Shown here: one piece after another, positions 20,330-40,924 of the stretch
Numbering within the stretch: the stretch's first letter is position 1
Layout of the letters: each line of letters opens with the position of its first letter
NCBI RefSeq assembly: GCF_009914755.1
Contig: NC_060925.1
Reading direction: 5' to 3' (one strand)
Source: the human T2T-CHM13v2.0 reference genome, Homo sapiens
DNA length: 64,000 bases
Made by a program: the position numbers and the translations under genes
Notes under the pieces: model-generated
Databases searched by the model: none
Seen by the model: only the letters and a program-made list of their open reading frames with translations
What the model was told of the DNA's origin: nothing

Positions 20330-20585
20330 AATAATAATTACAAGAACCATGAGCTGTTGAGTCACCATTTACATGCATCAGGCACTGCTCTAAGTAGTTC
20401 ATTAATTAACTCATTTCATTTTACAACAAATTTTGTCTGGTATTATTATTTCCCTCATCTTACGTATGAGGAAAGTGATGCACAGATAAGTTAAATAACT
20501 TTTCCAAGGTCATACAGCTTGTAAGTGGTGGAGCCAGGCTTTGAACCCAAGTAATCTGGCTCCAAAGCCGTGCTCTTAACCATCT
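20330..20585. mobile_element. MIR
   Basis: atgaggaaagtgatgcacagataagttaaataacttttccaaggtcatacagct core. Confidence 0.6.
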
Positions 20586-21529
20586 GCCGAACTTGCACTG
20601 CCAGTCATTTGATAAATGAGTGAATAAATGTAAGAATGAATGAGAAGAGGCACTGAAGATGTTTTTGCTGAATGAACAATCAACCAATCATTAACCCACC
20701 TTTTGTCTCTACCCTGTATAATCTATAGGATTATCATGAGAGTCCTTCTCAAACTTTCCTTGCATTCAACTAGAGAATCTCTCCAAGTAATTCCCTATCT
20801 ATCAGTATAGAATTCCTGTCAGTAACATTAAAAAGCTTGGTTTAATTCTTAGTGAACTACTCTTAGTGGACTAAGAACTATGAGTGAACTAAGTTTTCTC
20901 AGAACACCAAGCACTAGGCAAGGGTTTTACCTGTCCTCTTCACTGCTGTGCACGTAGAAGAGTGTCAGTGCACATTCAATGTACAATGGTGGAATGAATG
21001 CCCAAAAGATAAAATGCAAACTCCTTCAGTGGCTCTGGCGAGATTAAACTGCTTTCAGTTCACCTCATTCACCACACTCCATTCCCCATCCTGCCCCAAT
21101 TCCTACTCATTGTTCAGATCTCTGCAAACACTTAATTTCCTCCAAGAAGTCTGACCATCAAAAAGGCCCCACTGATGAGTTCACAAGGCAACCCATATTT
21201 CCCCCACTCAATGACTTAAAAGTACCTAAAGTCACTAGTAAACAATCAAGATGTTAGTCAAATTAATGAATAAATGAATGAGTTCCTTTTTAACATGATC
21301 TGATAGACTTAAACCCTTGTGATCCTATTGTCTTCCAGAAATGACTTTAAGAACCACTTGTGTCATTACTGGCTCTTGGGGAAGCTCCATCTCATTCAGG
21401 ACTCGAGCCTCATGAACATTTTTTTTCTCACAGTCCCCTTCAGCATAGCACAGAAGGAACACAGGTTCTAGAGGTTTCCTGACCTAGACTCAAATTTTGG
21501 CTCCTCTCAAGTTAATTGTACAAGCTCTT

Positions 21530-24058
<2,529 letters not shown>

Positions 24059-25901
24059 GAATGAACTCCACAATTTTGCTGTCCCTTTCTGTTCTCCCAA
24101 GACCCAATATCTCTCTGAGTAGCACTGAGGCTATGAACACAGGGTAAGGAGTGAGACTGCTTGCTTCAAATCCCACCTCTATCATTTACTAGCTGGCTGA
24201 CATCAGTGAGTGTTAGTGATTACATTACTTGCCAGCTCAGCATTATCCTCTCTATAGGCAGTAGCCAGCCTTTGGAAGGTGTTTATCCCTCCTCAATTCC
24301 TACAAATATCATGAGGCATCCTTTCCTTCTCTCCCAGTTCCCATCCTGCCAACACTATTTAAAGAAAAATACCCAAGGAATACAGCAGTTACCTTGGTAT
24401 TGTCACACTACTCTTTCCTTAGCAAGAAAGAAAAGGTCCCAAAACATTCCCTACTCCATGTGGCCCTCAGATCCCACCCTATCCCCATCCCTCACAGATC
24501 TCCCTCCCTTATGTGGGAGGCTAAACCCAGTAAGAATAATCATTTGTAAAGTACTCTGTAGTTTTCAGGGTACTTTTGCACACATGATTCTGTTTAGTTC
24601 TTGGTAAGCAGCATTTCATTATTAATCCTGTGAGCCATGGCTACTCCCCCACCTCCATTTTACAAATATACAAACTAAATCTTAGGTCCACAAATTGTCT
24701 GTGCTCACATAGCTAAAAAGAAAGTCACACCAAGACACTGTTTTCTCTACTACTTCACATTATGATGTCCAAGTTCACATCCTGGGAACATGAGGAGCCT
24801 GAACCTTATAGCTAGTTACAAGCCCCTAAAAGGAACAGAGACCTCATTTTTCTACCCACTGGTCCAGGCCAGGGCCATCCCAGCTGAAGCACCACAGACA
24901 TGATATAGATGCAAAGCACCAGGCACAGGAGGAGTGGGGACACCACCAAGCGGGGACCAAAGGCCCACGAGGGTATAGAGTATCTGCCAGAGCATACTAG
25001 GTCATGACAAAGACCAAAGGCATTCCAGACCACCAAGGAAGTCCAAAGGAGCTCCCCCAGAAACAGCCCAAGTCCCCAGATAAACTGACCCTTCCTCACC
25101 CAGCACACCCCCTTGGCCCTTTCTCACTCATGCTTCCAGTGGAGAAGGAAATAGACAAGCAGCCGGGTCTGAGAGCTTGATCAGATTCAGCCATACACAC
25201 TCAGCAGTAAGCTCAGAGCCATGGCAATCAAACCTCAGGCTCACCCAAAGGCCAAAGGAGAAGCAGCCACAGCCTGGGTCTAGGGCTCCAGCTCAGAGCC
25301 ACCATCTCTTCAGATGCTGGCTGCCAAGCAGAGCTATAAAATGTGCCTCGACTTAATTTTTCCATGGACACAACCTCAAGATGGGCCAGCCAGACTCTGG
25401 AGGAGCTGGGATTCCAAAGTCTCACTGCCTGTCTGCTCTGGGATCGGCAGCTGGAGTTGGGGAGAGGGAAGTATTTGGGGGTCGGCATTGCCACCTCCTG
25501 GGCCATTTCTCTTCCTAATATCTTCCCAAAGCCTGATGCAGCAACAGAGTAAGTTTTCATTCAGCACTGATTCAGGGTTGGAATTTAGTACAAATTGCTT
25601 ACATCTGCCTGGCCATATCCCAAATAGGTAGTTTAGAGCAAGGAGGAGGGGCAGCATTGGCCCACTTCTTGGAGCCCGGGTAGCCGCCTGCTAAAGAATC
25701 TGGTGCCATGCTGGGACCAGCCAGCCCAGGGTACAAAACTCTCCAACAGAGTTGAGAAAAAACAGCCCAAGAGAGCTGCCAGAGACAATACAGCGATTCC
25801 ATCCCAGGCATGATTGGAAGGGCTGGGGCAGGGAAGCTACGAAGACCCCAGAAGCGGGTGGAGATGGAGAAAAGGCAGGCCTGAAGGAGCAAGAGCAATG
25901 G

Positions 25902-25907
<6 letters not shown>

Positions 25908-25955
<48 letters not shown>
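25908..25955. repeat. (AC)24 microsatellite
   Basis: Read directly. Confidence 0.95.
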
Positions 25956-25957
<2 letters not shown>

Positions 25958-26479
25958 CAACATCAGCCAACTAGGGTGTGTGCACTAACCTCATACATTT
26001 GGTAACCTCTTCCCACAATCCAGAAGCCTGCCAAGCCCCTGGGCTCCCCACCCTACTCCACCCCACACCAGCTTGGCAGCCTTGCTTGTGCTTCCTGCTG
26101 CGATTGCTCCTCCAACATCAAAGTCACCGCTGTCGGGAGCTGAAAATGAGGGACAAGTATAGGCCAGGAGAGCAGCGCCTTCTCCCAGCACCGGCGAACT
26201 CAGGCCTGAGGGTCCCTCTCCCTCTTTCAAGCTTTCAGTCTCCTTTTGCTGCAGTATCCTTATAAGGGAGAATCCAATTCTACCCTCCGCCCGACTAAGA
26301 AACGTACACATTCCCCAGGCTAGATGCCGACTTCTCACCCAGTCCACAGAAGGCACTAACCCCATCACAGGACAGGTTTTGCTTTTTTTATTTCTTATCT
26401 TAAATAAACAAACCCCAAAGCCATTGACTGGTTCAGATCGCCCTGCAGCTGGGAGCCAGGAAGTGTGTTTAGCGAGAAG

Positions 26480-27400
26480 GGGGTGGGGACGCGGGTGCCT
26501 GGAGCCCCAGAGGCCCTGAAGCTGCTGGAGTGGAGTGGAGTGGGGTGAGGGGCAACCTGCTCTGCCCGGCGGGCAGGAGCTCAGGCTCCCACGGCGTCCG
26601 CCGCTCAGCCCGCCGCCAGGAACCCTCGGCTGCTTCCATTGTTGCACCTCCGCTGTTGCCATGTTGGAGGGAGAGCCCCCTGACCTCGGCTGCCTCCACT
26701 CTGGGGGCACTTTACAGACGCTGGGGCCGATGCAACCCGCAGGATGCGTGTCCTACCTGCGCTAGCTGCTGGCTCTGCTGCAACATCCGACGTGTCTTGT
26801 GCCTGGCGACGTGGGCTGCTCGCTCCGCGCCTCCCGGGCTCGCTCTGCGGCTCCAGGCGCCTCTTGCACCAGCGCGAGAGGAGCTGGCCGGCCGCACGCC
26901 GCCTGCTCCCGGGCCGCTCCCCTCTCCAGGCTCCGCACAGACCCTAGGCTCCAAGGGGCAGAGGGAGAGGCAGCAAAGGGCGCAAGGACCAGCTTGTGGG
27001 GGTGGGGAGGGGTGCTCTCCGCCGAGAGCGTGCGCGAGCTCGCAGAGTCAGGCCACCCCGGGTGAGACAATAGCGGCAGCAGCGGGCGAGAGAGGGGAAG
27101 CCATCTCCCGGACACCCGGCGCACTGCACGGCGACGCGACGCTCGGCCAGACCCTGCCTGGACAGGCAGGCACCCGGCCGCCGGCTCCAGCCGCAGCGCC
27201 GAATCCGCCGCGAGCCGGAGGGCGGGGCGGCTGCTGGAACCCGGGCCGCCCTTCGCCTCTCCCCTCCCCTTCCCCCTCCTCTTCTCTTCTCCTCTCCTCC
27301 TCTCCCCTCCGACTCCCGCCCCACTTGCCATTGCGTGGGGGAAGAGAAACGCGCTGGCGTCAAGTTGTGCTCTGCAACCCAAGAGCCAGGATTTCCACTC
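26480..27400. promoter_or_regulatory. CpG island / PIK3C2B promoter
   Basis: Dense CpG and high GC; GGGCGG/CCGCCC boxes near 27220-27250 and 27315; pyrimidine tract at ~27255-27310. Confidence 0.85.
26757..27205 (-). other. PIK3C2B: PIK3C2B non-coding exon 1 (5' end approximate)
   Basis: Lies in a CpG island; donor GCAG|GTAGGA at 26757/26756 on the minus strand; GC boxes just upstream. Confidence 0.7.
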
Positions 27401-28029
27401 CCCACTTGGGTGAGGGTTTTTGGGGATGGTCGTTAGTTTCCCCTGCTGGAACCTCTTGGCTTTGGGTCAGAGGAAAGCTCAATCATTCTGCTAGAAATGA
27501 CGGTGCTGAGGTCCAGTTATCCGTTTCAGGAATTTCTACCATAATTACGGTAGCGATGTTCGGGGGATCCCCTACCTTGAGGGTTAGGTTGGGGTAGAGA
27601 GAGGCTGTCTCCGGGCTTTACACGCTCAGTGTCATTCGTCTTTCTGTCTCCTTCCTTCCTCCCTTTCTGGAAGGGGAGTCTCGTTTGTTTTTGTATTCGC
27701 CCAGGTGGATCTTCCGAGCTGCGATCCAGGAAACAGCAGTCAACCTAAGTAGGGAGGGGAGATAGAGGATCCTCCAACCCAACTAGGGTAGTGAGAAAAA
27801 AAAGTAAAAAAAAAAAACCTTTCATACAATATGTTATATTTAAATTTTCTACTCTAAATACCTTTCTTCCAGCAGTGGTCTCTGGAAGAATTTTCCTAAA
27901 GGCTCCACCCAAAAGAAACCATGAGTTGGCCAGCTCCTCGTTTGCATTTGGTTTGCATAGTACCAACGATCACTAATCTCAAAGTATATTTTCCTAAAAA
28001 CGTGAATCGTGTTTTCCTCCACTGCCCTC

Positions 28030-28212
28030 ATTTCTTCTTTCTTTCTCGACAGACTATGAAGATTAACACCTGGTCCTCAGCCTCTCAAGTAAAACCATGA
28101 TTAAATAAATTTGTTATGCTTTTCTCTGGTTAACTTGTCTTTTGTTATAGAAGTGTCGGCTGTGACTCTTATGATGGGGAGGAAAGGGATCACTCCCCTT
28201 TCTGATCCTACA
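28030..28212 (+). mobile_element. ERV1-type LTR 3' fragment (MER34/MER39-like)
   Basis: aataaatttgttatgcttttctc ... gatggggaggaaagggatcac ... cctaca end. Confidence 0.4.
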
Positions 28213-28342
28213 GTGCCTTCTGTACCCAATGCTTGTGACTTTCAGTATTCCACTTCACCCTCTGAATATCAAGAATAGCGTCCTCACCTATCACGCTTTC
28301 GTAATGATCAAAGGAGAGAATGTAGGTGAAACATCTTGATAA

Positions 28343-28891
<549 letters not shown>

Positions 28892-29359
28892 TGAAAAGTC
28901 TGAAGGAAAGAACTAACAGGAAGTAGGCATAGGTAGCTGAGTGGAGGATCAGATCACAGGCTTTATCATGCATTTTGGTAAGGAAAAAATTGAATAAAGA
29001 GAAACCAGGGCATGCCAAAAAGTTTAGGTGCTGTAGGTGACAGAGAACCTGCTGTGCACAAATGGAACTGGGAAGTAGTGTGACCAGAAAAAGACTTCCT
29101 GGCATATTATAGAGAAGGATTTGGAAGATGCACTGCATGTCTTCCGTTTGCCCCTCCAGATCTTCCTGGCCCTCTGGCTTCCTAGACTGGGTTGGCCAAT
29201 GGGAGCCATGGCTGAAGATTGAATAAGGAGGGAGGTCAGGGGAAACTGGATATTTATTCTTCAGGATTCCTCTCTTTGGGGTCACAGTGCGCTGGCTGCC
29301 ACCCTCAACCAAAGATCACAGCTTCCACGGGTGGTTCTCTCTCCCCTCCCTCTCTCTTT

Positions 29360-29655
29360 TGTTTTTCTTTTTTTCTTTTTCTTGAGACCGAGTCTCACTC
29401 TATTGCCCAGGCTGGAGTGCAGTGGCTTACTGCAACCTCTGCCTCCCGGGTGCAAGCGATTCTCCTGCCTCAGCCTCCTGAGTAGCTGGGACTACAGGCG
29501 CATGCCACCATGCCCGGCCAAATTTTTTTTGTATTTTTAGTAGAGACAGGGTTTCACTTTGTTAGCCAGGATGGTCTCAATCTCCTGACCTCATGATCCA
29601 CCCTCCTCAGCCTCCCAAAGTGCTGGGATTACAGGCGTGAGCCACAGTGCCAGCC
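29360..29655 (-). mobile_element. AluS
   Basis: TSD CCCTCCCTCTCTCTT. Confidence 0.85.
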
Positions 29656-31010
29656 CCCTCCCTCTCTCTTGATTCAGGTAATCACTCCCCTCCTTTGACT
29701 TTTCGGGCCTGGGGGTGGAAACATTGATTTGCTACTGGCCCTAGTAGATTGTACACTATTTCTTGTGGTTTTCCTGTACTCCGCCGACCCTTTATAAATT
29801 GTCCCCTTATTTTTTAACCTCTCCTCAAATTACCCCTCAAGTGCAGTGTGCCATTTGCTTTCTGCCAGGACCTAGTAACACAAGTCAGGAGTGCAGCCTG
29901 GGAGCTCAACAGAGAAACCATGGCTACGTTCCAGGTGGGAAATCAGGGAATCTCAAAACTGTGCCAGAGCTGTGGCAGTGGGGATGAAAAAAACGGAGCA
30001 GATACAAAAGATACTTATAAAGAGAAATCAATAGTATTTGATAAATATATAAAATGTAGGAAATTAGGGAAGAGGAGGACTCTGGAATTACTCCCCATTT
30101 GAAGCCTTAGAAATTGTTGGCAGGTGGTACCATTCCCTAAGTTAGGGACAATTAGAAAGACAGGGCCCAGGTGTTGGCAGAGGGATCTTGAGCTTAATTT
30201 TGAACATGTTGGGTTTGAGGTATCTGTGGAATGTCTAGATGGGGATGTCTAGTAGACAGCAAACTTATGAAACTAAACTCATATTGGGGTGTGGACAAGT
30301 GATAGCAGCTTTGGATTCTGTAGGTTATGGGTAGTCAGTGAAGTTATAAGCCTGTATGAGGTCGTCCAGATGGGCATAAGGAGGAAAGAAGAAACAACCA
30401 GAGAGGTAAGAGAAAAACTGGAGGCCACAGAGTGTCAGAAACTAGGGTGGGAGAATCTCAGAAGAGAATGACTGGATAACCAGTGCAGCAGGAACCTCCA
30501 GGAGGGTAGGCTAGAAAATGCCTCCAGTGGATTCTAGGCCTAATTCATTCCCTGATTCAAAGCTGGTGCTCAATAAATTATTGGTCACTAAGTGAATGAA
30601 TGAACCTGGATCTGGAATAAAAGACACATGCTTTTTCTAGAAGCTTGGCAATTTAAGACAAGGAGAAATATAAGGCAGTGGGTAGAGGGGAATGCAGGAT
30701 CAAAGGGGAGACTTTTGTTTTTTCTTTTTAGGATAAGAAAGGCTTAAGCATTTTCATATGCTGAAGAGTAAGACCAAGGAGAGCGAGATCATGAATAGGA
30801 GGGAGTTGGGACCCAGGTATATGGGGTGGAGCTGCCTCTGATATCTTTGAGAGGAAGGCTGTACAAAAGCAGAGGCATCTGTAGACTGGTAAAGAGACTA
30901 GAACTTGAGACTAGATGTTGAGAGGACTAGTTGCTGCCTTGTAGTCTCTAAGCAATCTGCTGAGAGAGAAAGGCTCAAGATGAGGTTAAAGGCTTAAAGA
31001 AAGTGGTTAA

Positions 31011-31306
<296 letters not shown>

Positions 31307-32199
31307 GTGGTTAAGGTTAAAATAGAAAGGAATAAGGAATGAGAGTGGTAGCTCCAGAGAGAGGAGAGAGAGAGAGAATTGTCAGCAGAGTTGAAGATAC
31401 AGCTGGCATTGGATACTCTAATATGTTGTGGCTATGAATAAAAACATCCGAATGTTTTCATCATTTTCTTCTGCAGCACTTGGAAGCCCAGGTGTAGAAC
31501 ATGAGGTCAGGTTTCCAAGATAGGTACAGTAGAGGCATAAAAGGAAAAGAGGGCTCCTGACAAAAGAGGAAGTCCTCAAGGACGGAAGTGAAGCTCAGCA
31601 AAGGCTGTGAATCTTCAAGAAGCGGGAGGAAAGGGACTGAGCTACCTCTAATCTTATTCCCCTTCCAATCTTTTCTCAAGTAACCCAGCCAGGGTGATGT
31701 TTCCAAAGCAAACATCTGCTTCTCCTGCTTAAAATCAACTAACATGTAGGACATGGCATTTTTTGACTTTGGTTTTTAAACATCTGTATTCTCAGAGCCT
31801 AGAACAATGCCTGGCACTTGTGCTCACAAAATTTTTGGCAGATGAATTAATGCATGACTTTCTCTAACTCTTAAAGTCCAATCTCCTAAGGAAACTCTGA
31901 ATTCTCTCACAGTCAGCCCTTGCTTTTCATTCTAGCCTCAGAGAACAAGGACTTTGTCTTGTGCATCCCTGCATCTCCCAAACTGCACCCACCACATAGT
32001 ATTCAATAAATATGTATTGAATGAATAGCCTCCCACATTCCAATGTAAACTTCATACTTGGGCCTTACGAAACTCCCTACAGTTCCTAGAATGCACAATA
32101 TTCTCACCTAACGGCCCTTCCACATGGTTTCCTGGAAAGGGCCTCCTACCTCCAATCCCCACCTCTACCCGCTTCCTTTTATGCAGCTGTCTCTCTACA

Positions 32200-32708
32200 T
32201 GGTAGGCAGAATAATGGCCTCCCAAAGGAGGAAATGTCCACTTCCTAATCCCTGGAACCTATGGCTGCATTATTTTACAAGGCAAAAGGATTTTACGGAT
32301 GTGATTAAGTTAAGGCCCTTGGGAGTGGAAGATTAGCCTGGATTATCCAGGTGGGCCCAATCTAATTACGTCAGTCCTTAAAAGCTGCAAACCTTTCCTA
32401 GCCGAAGTCAGGGAGAGATGTGATGACGCAAGACTGGTTGGAAAAATGCAACATTGCTGGCTTGAAAGTTGAAGCATGGAGGTCCTGAGCTGGAGGGGGT
32501 GAATGGCCTCTAGAAACTGGAAAGGTCAAAAAACAGATCCTGCCCTAGAGCCTCCAGGAAGGAACATGACCCTGCAGATACTTGATTTTAGCCCAGTGAA
32601 CCCCATGTTGGGCTTTTGATCTGCAGAACTGTAGGATAATAAATTTGTGTTCCTTTAATCCACTAAATTTGTGGTCATTTGTTATAGCAGCAATAACAAA
32701 CTAATACA
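32200..32708 (+). mobile_element. MaLR solo LTR (MLT1D/E-like)
   Basis: tggtaggcagaataatggcc ... aaatttgtg ... gttatagcagcaataacaaactaataca, typical MLT1 ends. Confidence 0.75.
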
Positions 32709-33071
32709 TCCTACAACAAATTCTCTGCAAAGTTTCCCTAGAGTGCCTCCTAAGAGTGTCTAGACACACCCAATAGCTACTTGGATTATAACACTGATCA
32801 TGGGTGTTATATATAATTGCTTGTCCACTTTTTTCTGAATTGGGGAGGGGACAGAAGAGGAGGGCAACGGACTGTAAGCGCCTTAAAGACAAGGAATCTC
32901 CATTATTTTTACCTTTGAATTTCTAGGCCTAATTCATTGCCTCATTCAAAGCTGGTGCTCAATAAATTCTTGGTCAATAAGTGAATGGATGAAAACCTGG
33001 ATCTAGTTTACAGGAAGACAGAGTGACTGAGCCAGAAAATGAAAAGCTTGAGAGTCTAAGATTTCAGTGGT

Positions 33072-34095
33072 GACCGGGTGTGATGGCTCATGCCTGTAAC
33101 CCTGGCACTATGGGAGGCCTAGGCTGGTGGATTGCTTGAGCCCAGGGGTTCAAGACCAGCCTGGGCAATATGGCAAAACCTCATCTCTACAAAAAACACA
33201 AAAAATTAGCTGGGCATGGTGGTGTGTACCTGTACTACCAGCTACCCAGGAGGCTGAGGTGGGAGGATCACCTGAGTCCAGGAGGTCGAGGCTGCAGTGA
33301 GCCATGATGGTACAACTGCATGCCAACCTGGGCAACAGAGTTGAGGTCCTATCTTAAAAAAAAAAAAGATTTCAGTGGTAATAATAAGTAGATTACTGGT
33401 GAGGGAGCAAATGGCTGAAATCAATGGAAGGAGATGATGGTAGAATCTGTTTATCTGTGCTATATTCTCTCATAGGTCTGCTCTAGGCTAGGACTAATCT
33501 GTAATACAACTCAAAACTAATATTTTGAAAGACAGTATTTATAACAATTTTATTTTAAAATCCTTCAGTAGGCTTTCTTCAAAAATATTCAAATATCTTT
33601 GAAAGATGATTGGATGTTAGAGATGGGGTGGGGTGCTCTGTAAATATTTTATGTATAGATTGACTTCTTCAATCCTTTGACTCTTACTGGCTTTGAAATC
33701 AGTCCTACTTCTTCCCTACACCTTTTCAATGATCCATGACATTTGAGGGCTGCATTGTTTAGGGAGTATTTATTCCAGTATCTGAGCTCTTGATGCTATG
33801 TAAGATTCTTGGGCTCAGCCAGGCATGGTGGTTCATGCCTATAATTCCAACAGTTTGTGAGGCTGAAGCAGGAGGATCCCTTGAGCTAAGGGAGTATAAA
33901 AGTAGCCTGGGCAACATACCAAGACCCCATCTCTACGAAAACATTTTTAAAAAAAATTCACCAGGCATGGTGGTGCATGCCTGTAGTCCCAGCTACTCTG
34001 GAGGCAGAAGTGAGAGAATCACTTGAGCCAGGAGATTGAGGTCACAGTAAGCTATGATTGCAACACTGTCTCAAAACAAACAAACAAACAAAAAC
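33072..34095 (+). mobile_element. Two AluJ-like elements (~33072-33368, ~33817-34095)
   Basis: Alu consensus; the first has TSD AGATTTCAGTGGT. Confidence 0.8.
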
Positions 34096-34377
34096 AACCT
34101 GTACTATACATCTTCTTAGTACCTTGTGATGGTGTCAGCTCCAAAGACTCTATGCACTATACTGTGGCGATAGAAGACTGGGCCCCAGAGTAGGTAGCTA
34201 CGACTTGGTGTTGGTTTGGGGAACTCTGGGAAGGAAGGGTCCACAACTTTCCCCCTCTGTGCCTAGCTCACTGCTGTGGAAACAGTGGGTAATCAGATTG
34301 ATGGTGATTTTTTTCCAAAGGCAGTAATTCTGATGAGAAGGAGGGTAAAAAACATCCCTTTAAAGATTATTATAGTA

Positions 34378-35650
<1,273 letters not shown>

Positions 35651-35734
35651 ACGCACACAGTTTAAAAATAGTGGGAGAAATTAAATTTAAGAACTAGGAG
35701 AATCACCAAATATATAGAATCTGTGAGTTTAGCC

Positions 35735-35747
35735 TGCCCTCTAGTGG
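35735..35747 (-). promoter_or_regulatory. CTCF-like motif CCACTAGAGGGCA
   Basis: Plus strand reads TGCCCTCTAGTGG, a close match to the CTCF core consensus. Confidence 0.55.
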
Positions 35748-37131
35748 GAAAATTAAGTTCAACAGTCTGCATAAAGAAGCTTCAAGAAGCACTCCAGGAA
35801 GATTTTATGCTAAAGTACAAGATGGCACTTGTGGTGTTTTTGATGCAACATAAATGAAGCAAACAGATTCATTTCATGCTATTTCGGGTGGACTTTGCAA
35901 TGTTAACAAGCCGATCTTTCAATAGCTCACCATTGCCTGTAGGATAAAATCGTTTGCCTTAGCCTGATGGAAGTGTAGTCTCCAATGTGACCTTACTCCT
36001 CTGTATCTCCTTCTGCTCCAACAAGATTAAGTTATTCCCCATTCTCTAAATACACCTTGCAGTCCCCACATTCCTTCCAGATTTCCTGTTTTCCTCCCTA
36101 CTGTGCCTAGCTCACTGCTGTGGAAGCAGTGGGTAATGAGTAAGCAAATTTTAGATTGATTAATCCCATTCAGTTTAATTTTAAACAGCAGGTTTTGTTA
36201 TCCCGGAAGAAAGGGAGTGTGATGTAACAAAGCCTTGGGGAGGAAAAAACTTGAAGACCCCTTTATCTATTCTTGCCCTTTTAAGGAGGCCTGGATAGAC
36301 ACCATTTCCCTTCCCTAAAATTTAAGTGTTATAATTTATTTCCACATCTCATTCATAGAAACAGTTCTAGCAGTTTTTCCTTATCTAACACAGTGGGTGC
36401 TGAAAAAAATATGTCTAAATAAATAAATGTCTGTGTTTTGCTCATTACAATTTCTTCAGTACACCTCTAACATTGTTTAAACTGTTTTACTGTTTAACTT
36501 GTTTAAACTGTTTAAACTGAAATATGATCATGCAGTTTCCCTGCTGAAAACTCAAGGGCCCAGCCACCCTTATTTTATAAACCCTGCTTTCCTGTCCATC
36601 TTCATCTGCCGCCACTCCACTTTATGTTGAAATTGTTTGTTTCTGTGTGTGTCTTCTTTCCTAGACTGTTAGCAGGACCCATGTCCTACTCATCTCAGAC
36701 TCTAGGGCTAGCGCATAGCCTAACCTGTAATAGACGATCAGTAAATGTTTGTTGAATTAAATCACTCCATTCTGGCAAATTTTGAGTCTGTTCCTTCTAA
36801 TCTTATTCACAATGGAAAAAAGTAACAGAATGGTAAAACTTTAGAATTACAAGTTATCTCGAGGCCATCTAATCAATTTCCCTTGTTTTATAAATGTGGA
36901 AACCCAGGCCTGCTCAGGATCACACAGTTTGTTGGTCTTTGTTCTGTAAGAATCAGACAATTGTAGGAAAGAAAAATTCCTCCAACTGAGGCTGAGCTAT
37001 TTTGTTGTTCATTGTGTTCAGAAGCCACTAGTTCCCAGAAACTAAAATAAATTCCCTTATCAGTATTTGAAATTTCATAATCTTGTGTTCCACACCCCAT
37101 GTGTCAGGGTTGATGAAATTTGATTTTAGGT

Positions 37132-38998
<1,867 letters not shown>

Positions 38999-39264
38999 TT
39001 TGTAGTTTTCGTTACTTTAACCTGCTAAATTATCCCATCAAGTCCCAAGAGCGGACATCGTAAACCCTTACATTTCAAGTTGAATTCAAATCATTTTTCA
39101 CTGGGTTCAGAATATGCTAGATAGACGTGTTTTCAGGGAGGAAAAAAAATGACTGAAAAGTCATTTAATTTCTTGGAGAGTATCGAGGTCTGGCACAGTG
39201 GTTTCCCAGAAAAATATTTGTTTTTTGATGGCTCATAATTGAGAAAGGAAGAAAAAAACTTAAA

Positions 39265-39410
39265 AGCAAGCACCTTGTGCTCTCACCACAAAAAAAGGTA
39301 TGCGAGGTAATGCATAACCTTATCAGTTTGATTTAATCATTCAACAATATATACGTATTTCAGAACATGGTGTTATACACCATAATGTGTACAATTTGTA
39401 TTTGTTCATT
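39265..39410 (+). mobile_element. L1M 3'-end fragment between the two tRNA genes
   Basis: tgctctcaccacaaaaaaaggtatgcgaggtaatgcat...tttgatttaatcattc motif. Confidence 0.55.
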
Positions 39411-39428
39411 GAGGAAAAGAGAACAAGA

Positions 39429-39501
39429 CGCCCGAACAGGGACTTGAACCCTGGACCCTCAGATTAAAAGTCTGATGCTCTACCGACTGAGCTATCCGGG
39501 C
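39429..39501 (-). tRNA. TRK-TTT3-2: tRNA-Lys(TTT), identical second copy
   Basis: Exact reverse complement of 38926-38998; TTTT terminator on the minus strand at 39415-39418. Copy numbering is from recall. Confidence 0.97.
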
Positions 39502-39977
39502 TCCCGTAGACAACAGCTTGTTCTGCCGTTTCTTACATAAGAATGAGGACCCTTGAGTGATTGCATCATCCACACTGTGAGACTGCTTTAACGCCAAGAA
39601 AGTTCGTGATTCGTGCGTAAAAGGAAAAACAGAAGGCCCAAATTCTGCGCCTTTCACCAGCATCACCAGCTAATTTAGAATTGCGAGATATTTATGCGCC
39701 TAGTAAGCATGATTAGGTAGGCTTTTTTTATTTGTAGTTAAATAGGTTCAGGATTAAAAGAATGGCGAGGTGTCACTTTTGAAGTGCTGTAATAACCTTC
39801 GATCTATTTTACCATTGATAACAGAATGGGCATCAGTGCTAAAACCTATCCAATAATAGAAAAAAATGAATCTGTCTAAGAGACTATGAATATGCTGTTC
39901 TGAAGCTATCGGGTTGCACTGTGCGGTATAAAGTGAGAGAAAGGAAGGATGGTGAGGTTATCCAATAGGTCGCCTGA

Positions 39978-40262
<285 letters not shown>

Positions 40263-40789
40263 TAATTTTAAGGGGCGCAAACTCTGGAAGAGTTCACCAG
40301 CAGCGACCTTGGGGGTAGAAGCCCTACTAAGCTAGAGAGACAGGAAAACTGAACATGGCATTGAAGAGAGATTGTTTTGATCTTGGCATTGGAGGTTCTT
40401 CCCTTCCGTAGCCATCAGTAATTTGAGCACTGCCCTTTGCTATGGAGCTGGTGTTGAGAATGACCACGGTAGAGCTTTGAGAGTGGGACAGTAAAGGTCT
40501 TTGTTAGCTGATGTTACTTCACCTTAATTCCATCCTTAACCTCTTTCGGGGTGATTGCTCTGGTCCAGCAATTCCACTTTTAGGAATTTGTCCTGAAGAA
40601 ATAATCAGAGGTGACGGGGCGCGGTGGCTCACGCCTGTAATGCCAGCACTTTGGGAGGCCCAGGAGGGCGGATCACGAGGTCAGGAGTTCGAGACCAACC
40701 TGATCGACATGGTGAAACCCCGTCTCTACTAAAAAATACAAAAAAGTTAGCCGGGCGTGGTGGCACACTCCTGTAATCCCATCTACTCA

Positions 40790-40924
<135 letters not shown>

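Noticed and set aside
26530-27597. 355-aa plus-strand ORF (and overlapping 206/239-aa minus-strand ORFs) across the PIK3C2B CpG island
   Set aside because: Low-complexity Pro/Ala/Gly/Arg content with no recognisable domain, and the 355-aa ORF has a GTG start. Long stop-free frames are expected in GC-rich islands.
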